Assembly (NCBI GenBank): GCA_934202735.1
Contig: CAKPYH010000002.1
Coordinates: 42,945 to 106,944 of the forward strand
Direction: 5' to 3'
Source of the DNA: an uncultured Alphaproteobacteria bacterium
Lineage (GTDB): Bacteria; Pseudomonadota; Alphaproteobacteria; CAAHEQ01; UBA3637
Length of the DNA stretch: 64,000 bases
The notes beneath the pieces were generated by a model. The model saw nothing but the letters and a program-made list of their open reading frames with translations, searched no databases and had not been told where the DNA came from. The position numbers and the translations under genes were made by a program. Shown here one piece after another: positions 57,723 through 64,000 of this stretch (positions are counted from its first letter, which is position 1; every line of letters starts with the position of its first letter).

Positions 57723-60356
57723 TTATAATTGGCGAGCCAGTGTCATGATTTCATCTTCTGCCTGACGCAGTCGTTGTACCAGTGTCTGATGTCGCTTGTA
57801 AAAGGCATCTCCCCGGGCATAAACGGCCAAGGCTATGGCATCAAACGGATTATATGCCCGGCCTTGTGCCAAGTTTTTGAAATACAGAGATTCAAAATCA
57901 GCGACACATCTCAAATGCCATTTATCGGGTGTGCCGGGACGATTATATTGACCGATTTGTCCCGTCCAACTGGTAAAAAAAGCCTGGACTCGTTCGGCCG
58001 GGCAGGCTAACAGAGCCCCCCATTGCATGCGAATCAGTTGTTCTACACGCCGCAAATCATCTGTATAATTAAAACGTAAATCAGATGCCAGCATATATGC
58101 GAATTGTGTTTTTTTGTCTTCCGGTAAATTGTTAAAAAACATTTGAACAGATGGTGAATCGTGTGTATCCAGTACGGCCACATCATTCGGCCGGGCATTT
58201 TTCAGATGATATATATGGGTCCAGTCGGTCGGTTCGGCAAACTGAGCAATCAACAAACGTCCCAATCCGCAACGATCCAGAACATTATCCAGTTGTGGCG
58301 GTCGGGCCCCCACATCTTCAGCGTAAATATCACGTACACTTAAACCGTGTTTGCGGACACAGGCTAAAATAATTTTTTCGGTCATTTCGGCGAATTGTTC
58401 AGGCGTTTTCTTGGCAAAACGCCCCAAGACAGGATGATTCGGAGAACTGAACAGGCGACCGCAATCATCGGGATTCGTGTCAGAGATGACAAACGGATTG
58501 ACAAAACCGATATAATGGTCAATACGTAACCCGCCCGGAGCATGATCTAACGCAGTATCAATTAAATGATACCAAACGCGTCCGGCCGGTCCCAAACTAC
58601 CGTCTTGATTAAACAGTAAGTCCGGATTAAAAACCGGAAAATGCCAATTGCGAGCCACCGGCGAATACATATCTGCCGGGGAACCTAAGGAATATCCGGA
58701 CAAAAACAGATCCGATGTCTCTTTCGCCACATCGGACGGAATGCGCACTTGTAAATCGGCAATATAACATGCCGGTGGATTCTGGGCATACTCGGCCGTC
58801 TTACGGATGATGAAAGCCTGTTCTGTTTCATGACCTTTGTCTTTTTGCCAGGCCTTATGCAACAGGTGGCGATATGTTTGCTCCACTTGTTCAAAATCAA
58901 TTTGCCCGTCTTGTTTCGGTATATCATACGCGGTATTCAAATCGGTTGCCGAGATCAGACCTTGCCGAACAAGCCGTTCCAAGGGGATAAAAAACGGATT
59001 AGGGGTTGTATCAGATACATAAGGGGAATAATTGGCTTGCGCATGTGTACGCCCCATGGGACCCAACTGAACTTTGTCAAAGATGCCACCGAAAAAGTCG
59101 GCTATCCGTTTGGCACCGTCTCCCCAGGGAGACCCAATCCCGGTGTCGCGGTAGGCTCCGGTTGGGGGCATACACGGGGCCGGCAGTCCCAGCGTCATTT
59201 CTTTGTTGAGTGTCCGATATCCTTCTTGCACCAAGGGTTTATATTGTTGCCATAGGGTGATTAATTCTTGTACCAAAGCGCGCTTGCGGCTACCCAAAAA
59301 GGATGTATGACTGTCTGTGCCGCCTGTTTTAATCATCTGATGAGAATCGGCAAACTCCAGAACGGATTTCACCCAACGTTCAGTGTCTGAAGTCGGGACA
59401 TCACCGGCCATCATCTTGTCCAAGGCATGATTCAAGTCCGGAATTAAATTAGCATAAAATACTTCCAATCCGGCCACGCCTTTATTCTTCAAGACCGTGA
59501 ACAAATGAGTGAGAAATGCCGGACCGTTTCCATTGATTTTGCCTTCCAAGTGGATACGATACGGATGTGCTACACTCAGAAAGCCGAAACCATGCTGCTG
59601 AATGCGGGCCATAACTTCATCAACCGTATGCCAAAATAACACAGGATTTTCGGAAAGCGGACTACCCAATCGGCGAAAATAATCCCAGACAAATTCTGTT
59701 TCAGTCGGATCATTTATTTTTTCCAATATATATCGGGGGGTAATATAAGCCAAATAGCATCCGAACCCACGCTTCATTTGGGGATACCGGCCTAAAAATT
59801 CGTTAAGAGAAATAGAAGCCGCAGGATACCGTTTTGTGAAAAATTCAAAAATACCGGGCAGGGCTTTTTGTCTTTGGGAACGCAAATCGTCAAACCATTT
59901 CCGATAAGACACATCAAAAGGATTGATACCGTAATGCAGCATTTCAAAATCCATGGGACGGCGCATGCTGTCATCAAAGTACATGACGCTGAGTTCGCAC
60001 CCAAGTACGAAACGAATATGCTTATATTTATCATGATGTTGTACGATACTTGTTAAAGCAATACTTAAACCATTCAATGTATCATGATCCGTCAATGCCA
60101 CAATTAAATCGCGATACCCGTATTTTTGACGATAACGTTCGGCATTGTCCAAATAATCCGCCGGCTCTATGCGTCCGTCTGAGGCCGTAGAATGTGTATG
60201 CAAGGTAATTAAACGCCGCCCGTCATCAAAATCATGCATGTTGAGACCGTTCAAAGTGTGCTTTAATTCCTCGGGGCCCATCACACAGAATAACGGTTTG
60301 ATTGATTTTAATCCCAACCCTTTGGCTAAGGCCTGTAAATAGGCTTTATCACTCAT
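57723..60356 (-). CDS. malQ: Fusion protein: N-terminal PHP-domain phosphoesterase (TrpH/YciV-like) + C-terminal 4-alpha-glucanotransferase (GH77, MalQ)
   Basis: 877 aa; ITLHTHSTASDG...TDHDT PHP motifs; C-terminal LRIDHYIGF, AEDVG, THDSP GH77 catalytic motifs. Confidence 0.75.
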   Translation of the reverse strand: MSDKAYLQALAKGLGLKSIKPLFCVMGPEELKHTLNGLNMHDFDDGRRLITLHTHSTASDGRIEPADYLDNAERYRQKYGYRDLIVALTDHDTLNGLSIALTSIVQHHDKYKHIRFVLGCELSVMYFDDSMRRPMDFEMLHYGINPFDVSYRKWFDDLRSQRQKALPGIFEFFTKRYPAASISLNEFLGRYPQMKRGFGCYLAYITPRYILEKINDPTETEFVWDYFRRLGSPLSENPVLFWHTVDEVMARIQQHGFGFLSVAHPYRIHLEGKINGNGPAFLTHLFTVLKNKGVAGLEVFYANLIPDLNHALDKMMAGDVPTSDTERWVKSVLEFADSHQMIKTGGTDSHTSFLGSRKRALVQELITLWQQYKPLVQEGYRTLNKEMTLGLPAPCMPPTGAYRDTGIGSPWGDGAKRIADFFGGIFDKVQLGPMGRTHAQANYSPYVSDTTPNPFFIPLERLVRQGLISATDLNTAYDIPKQDGQIDFEQVEQTYRHLLHKAWQKDKGHETEQAFIIRKTAEYAQNPPACYIADLQVRIPSDVAKETSDLFLSGYSLGSPADMYSPVARNWHFPVFNPDLLFNQDGSLGPAGRVWYHLIDTALDHAPGGLRIDHYIGFVNPFVISDTNPDDCGRLFSSPNHPVLGRFAKKTPEQFAEMTEKIILACVRKHGLSVRDIYAEDVGARPPQLDNVLDRCGLGRLLIAQFAEPTDWTHIYHLKNARPNDVAVLDTHDSPSVQMFFNNLPEDKKTQFAYMLASDLRFNYTDDLRRVEQLIRMQWGALLACPAERVQAFFTSWTGQIGQYNRPGTPDKWHLRCVADFESLYFKNLAQGRAYNPFDAIALAVYARGDAFYKRHQTLVQRLRQAEDEIMTLARQL

Positions 60357-61521
60357 ACGTCCTCCATTTCCAAAACACCATCACAGGATATATAGTCTCT
60401 GCCACACAAATTGCCAAGGGTGAAGGTCATACCCGGAATTCCCGGTGTCATGGGATTGCAGTAAGAGGCATGTCCGATGTCAATAATCTTCACTTGATGA
60501 TCGGTATCGGATACCAGGAAATTATCACGATGTATGTCATTGACATAGATGCCTAAACGGGTAGCGTCCGGAATGACGCGGGTGTTAAAGGAATAAAAAT
60601 CCAGATATTTGTTTTGATTGATACCGGTATGAAAAGGTTTTCCCGTTTCCAACCGATATAAAGCGGCTTCCCGATTAAAATGATAGTATAAAATATCCGG
60701 TGCATTGGGGCAGTTATTCAACTTTAAATAAAATTCCAGCAGAGCATCTGAATAAGTTGAATCGGCCCGAATAGCCATATTTTCATGCTCTTTTCTGACA
60801 CGATCATTATGTACACTCAAAAATTGATAAGGGGCCGTTTTCAAAATATAATTTTCATTTTCGGCCTTGATTTGAAACACCATTTTACTGGAAAAAGGAT
60901 TGCACAAAAAACGCACTTGAAATTTATGATCGCCCACCCGAACCGTAAAAGCACGTCCGCACTTTGCCGTGATTAACTCTTTCAAAAAAGCTGAACGGGC
61001 CCCAAAGTCAAACCAGTCAATTTTTTTAACGGCCGGAAAAGCCGTTTGAAAATCCGGTAAATGACATTCCAGTTTTTTAATTTGTTTGAATGTTTTGACA
61101 ACTTTGGATACATTGATTTGTTTTAACAGGCTTTCAAAGCCGGCTGTATCTGCGAATATGGTCGGTACCGTTCCGATGCGAATGGTTCCAAAGCGTTGTT
61201 CTAATGTCCACGGTGTCAGGTTCGGAAATACACGCACAATATCTTCAATCTTGGTTATATGAGTAAAGTAAGCATTCATATAGTCCGTATAACTCGCCCG
61301 ATAGGATTCAATCCAAGCCCGTTTTTTAGCTACTGTCGGAAAAGATTGAGTAATGGCCCGCCATGCCGGTTTATTATCACGCGGATTTGTAATCACGAGA
61401 TCCAACCATGCTTTCATTTTTGTCGGATTGTGAACGATACGCGTCAGTGTGTCCGCCATGGTTTCGGTATTTTGCTGCTCATCACTGATCCATTTCAAAA
61501 TAATGTTTTTGGATTTCCCCA
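60353..61521 (-). CDS. Atypical protein-kinase-like protein (unknown N-terminal domain)
   Basis: ~389 aa from ATG 61521 (GGAGAC RBS); the ORF-track start at 61753 overlaps pyk and is rejected. C-terminal YILKTAPYQ (Lys), IHRDNFLV catalytic loop, IIDIGHA (DFG-like); overlaps malQ start by 4 nt. Confidence 0.5.
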
Positions 61522-61569
61522 TTTTATTGTCTCCCCGCATGGATACTGAATTGTTGTGTTTATACGGTT

Positions 61570-62985
61570 TCATTCCACAACGGTAATGTGCAGGATATTG
61601 GTTTTTCCCGTTTTTGCAAAGGGAATGCCGGCCGTGATAATGATTTCCTGTCCTTTTTGTGCCAGTTTCAAATCCTTTGCGATTTCTACGGCAATCGGAG
61701 ATACCCCGATCATGTCTTTTAACTGACGTGTTTTTACCGGTACAACCCCCCATACTAAGGCTAACTTATCGGCTATTTTATTGTCGGGTGTTAAACCCAA
61801 AATAGGTACCGGTACCCGTTCACGAGCCGCCCGCAATGTGGTTTTTCCCGATATGGAATAAGTAGCAATACAGGCCGGATTATCCAAGACACGCAGTATA
61901 TTTTTCATGCCGGCCGTAATGGCACTGGCGACCGTTTTATCCGGAGGAAGGGATTGTGCCTCCATGGCATGAGCATAGTAGGTATCCGCCTGAATGGTAT
62001 CAATAATTTTACGCATGGTTGCAACGGCCTGTACCGGATATTTCCCGGCGGCTGTTTCGGCAGATAGCATGACGCAATCCGCCCCTTCATACACGGCGGT
62101 TGCTACATCTGATACTTCCGCACGTGTCGGAACAGGGGTTTGAATCATACTTTCCAACATTTGAGTGGCTACAATGACGGGTTTACCGAACCGACGGCAG
62201 GTATCTACGATTTTGCGTTGCATAGCCGGTACTGTTTCAATGGGGCATTCTACGCCTAAATCACCGCGAGCCACCATAATGCCATCGGCTAAAGATACAA
62301 TTTCTTCCAAGTGTGTCATGGCAGACGGTTTTTCAACCTTGACAATAATGCCGGCTCTTTTGCCGATCAGACGGCGGGCCAAGCGTACATCATCAGGTTG
62401 CTGAACAAAGGATAATCCAATCCAATCTACACCTAATTTCAGGGCAAATTTTAAATCTTTTTTGTCTTTATCCGTTAAGGCTGAAATCGGTAAAAGAACA
62501 TCAGGTAAATTGACACCTTTGTGATCGGAAAGGACGCCGCCTACCAAAACTTTTGTTTGAATAGAATCCTTGTCAACCTTTGTAATTTTAAGCCGAATTT
62601 GGCCGTCATTGAGCAAAAGCGACATGCCGTTTTTGGCAACCTTGTATATCTCGGGGTGGGGCAGGTTGACACGTTTGTTATCTCCGACAGCCGGATTCAT
62701 GTCCAAACAAAAAGATTGCCCGACCTTTAAGACGACCGATCCGGATTGAAAATGTCCCACACGTAATTTCGGCCCTTGTAAATCTGCCAAGATACTAAAA
62801 TGCCTGCCTTGTTTTTGAGCCAGTTTTCGGATTATCTGAAATCGTGCTTGATGCTCGGCATAGGTTCCGTGGCTGAAATTGATACGAAAGACATCTACCC
62901 CTGCTTTCATTAAAGAGCCGATTGTTTTGGCATCGCCCGAAGAAGGTCCTAAGGTCGCGACAATTTTCGTAAAAACCGGTTTCAT
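61570..62985 (-). CDS. pyk: Pyruvate kinase
   Basis: 471 aa; TKIVATLGP, MVARGDLG. Confidence 0.9.
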   Translation of the reverse strand: MKPVFTKIVATLGPSSGDAKTIGSLMKAGVDVFRINFSHGTYAEHQARFQIIRKLAQKQGRHFSILADLQGPKLRVGHFQSGSVVLKVGQSFCLDMNPAVGDNKRVNLPHPEIYKVAKNGMSLLLNDGQIRLKITKVDKDSIQTKVLVGGVLSDHKGVNLPDVLLPISALTDKDKKDLKFALKLGVDWIGLSFVQQPDDVRLARRLIGKRAGIIVKVEKPSAMTHLEEIVSLADGIMVARGDLGVECPIETVPAMQRKIVDTCRRFGKPVIVATQMLESMIQTPVPTRAEVSDVATAVYEGADCVMLSAETAAGKYPVQAVATMRKIIDTIQADTYYAHAMEAQSLPPDKTVASAITAGMKNILRVLDNPACIATYSISGKTTLRAARERVPVPILGLTPDNKIADKLALVWGVVPVKTRQLKDMIGVSPIAVEIAKDLKLAQKGQEIIITAGIPFAKTGKTNILHITVVE

Positions 62986-62990
62986 TTTCT

Positions 62991-63884
62991 TTACCCCTGT
63001 ATTTTAAAAGTAATATGTCCGTTGAGTTTTTGCAAGGGACCGATACTGCGTATGCCGGTACCGATAACACCATCGGCCGCCAAATTGAACGCATTTGAAG
63101 CATGGGTTGTCGGTTCCAGACAAAAGAAATTTTTGCCCTTGGGAGAAAATAAAACAACATGGTGAAATAAATCATTTGTCGTCATGTCAATACTGATATC
63201 CTTAGAGGGATACACGATTCGGGCTTGTTCTTCAAAGCCACCGAAACATGTATCAAAAACGGCATTTTTAAGTGCCCGTCCCCCGTTAAAGTTCCATGCC
63301 GCGGGGGTTGTGTATGGTTCGTCAAAAATCGGGTCGGTTTCATTACTCCACACGACTTGCGACTTAAAGTTTAATTCAACATCTTTGTCTTTTACAAAAA
63401 ACGGATGTATCCCTAAACCGCATGGCATGGGTAAGGGGGCCGGATTCATGACCGACAGGTCAATGTCTAAATTACTCCCTTTCAGGCGGTATGTAATGTC
63501 GGCCGAATATGAAAACGGAAAACCGTGTTCTTTTTTGTCATGTTGCATACTCATCTTGATATGAGTATCGCTTTTGTCTGTGACGGACCAAGTGCTTTTC
63601 CATCCGTCTCCGTGAATAGGATCTTGGAAACCTGTATGATTTTTCGGTACTTTGCGTAAAATACCCCAGTAAGTAAAACTACCCCCGCGGATTCGGCCGC
63701 AATAGGGCAACATGGGAAACAAGGCCGTATTGTTCACATCGGCTTTACCCGTTTGCGTGTTATAAGGACGTAAAATATCATGAATGTTTCCATCTTTTTG
63801 ATATCTTAAAAAAGATAAAGAAGCCCCCATTTCAGGTAAAACACCGATACTTATCCGATCGTTAGACAATATGATTTCTTGCAT
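62991..63884 (-). CDS. Aldose 1-epimerase family protein
   Basis: ~297 aa; galactose-mutarotase-like pattern; start MQEIIL (63884) with AAGGAAAG RBS preferred over 63905. Confidence 0.65.
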   Translation of the reverse strand: MQEIILSNDRISIGVLPEMGASLSFLRYQKDGNIHDILRPYNTQTGKADVNNTALFPMLPYCGRIRGGSFTYWGILRKVPKNHTGFQDPIHGDGWKSTWSVTDKSDTHIKMSMQHDKKEHGFPFSYSADITYRLKGSNLDIDLSVMNPAPLPMPCGLGIHPFFVKDKDVELNFKSQVVWSNETDPIFDEPYTTPAAWNFNGGRALKNAVFDTCFGGFEEQARIVYPSKDISIDMTTNDLFHHVVLFSPKGKNFFCLEPTTHASNAFNLAADGVIGTGIRSIGPLQKLNGHITFKIQG

Positions 63885-63885
63885 T

Positions 63886-64000
63886 TTACTTTCCTTTTTT
63901 GACATACTTTTTGGTGTGAAGTGTATCTTCTTTCGTTTCCGAATCGTTCAATGCCGATAACATCAAGCCGTCAATTGTATCCTTCTCGGATTTCTTTTCC
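63886..64000 (-). CDS. Hypothetical protein, 3' end only (gene continues beyond window end)
   Basis: Open frame on minus strand ending TAA at 63886..63888 (...DTLHTKKYVKKGK*). Confidence 0.3.
   Translation of the reverse strand, partial: EKKSEKDTIDGLMLSALNDSETKEDTLHTKKYVKKGK

Noticed and set aside
60353-61753. ORF-track start of the kinase-like gene at 61753 (466 aa)
   Set aside because: The extension is Gly/Arg/His-rich low complexity, overlaps the pyk 3' end, and an internal ATG at 61521 has a GGAGAC RBS.

Overview
This 64-kb window looks like a moderately AT-rich bacterial chromosome, probably from an alphaproteobacterium with a host-associated lifestyle. Most of it is dense housekeeping genes in operon-like arrays: dnaG-rpoD, gatCAB, lepB-rnc-era-recO, glgP, murA, fba, gap, pyk, pgi, hisS, nifJ-type PFOR, three queuosine genes, and tRNA-Arg and tRNA-Ser. 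Everything here was read by eye from the sequence and the ORF track. No searches were run, so family assignments rest on recognised motifs. Accessory-type content is interleaved with the housekeeping genes: (1) a VirD4/TraG-type type IV coupling protein in an operon with a pentapeptide-repeat protein and a kinase-fold protein, with no other T4SS genes in the window. (2) Two ankyrin-repeat proteins, one translationally coupled to gatB. (3) A 520-aa protein with a type IV prepilin N-terminus and a huge cysteine-rich tandem-repeat C-terminus, plus a prepilin peptidase at the window start. (4) A conserved uncharacterised NifU/IscU-like plus GGGtGRT-motif gene pair behind a strong promoter. (5) A ~440-bp near-identical inverted duplication, 19 kb apart, of a small ribbon-helix-helix gene with its own consensus promoter; both copies are flanked by an IS200/IS605 tnpA remnant and a family of palindromic MITE-like repeats. 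(6) A tRNA-Ser whose 5' half plus upstream region is duplicated 78 bp upstream, with the breakpoint inside the anticodon loop. (7) Unusual fusions: PHP-MalQ and LplT-PlsC-Aas. (8) An atypical protein-kinase-like gene overlapping malQ. No CRISPR array or rRNA gene was found.
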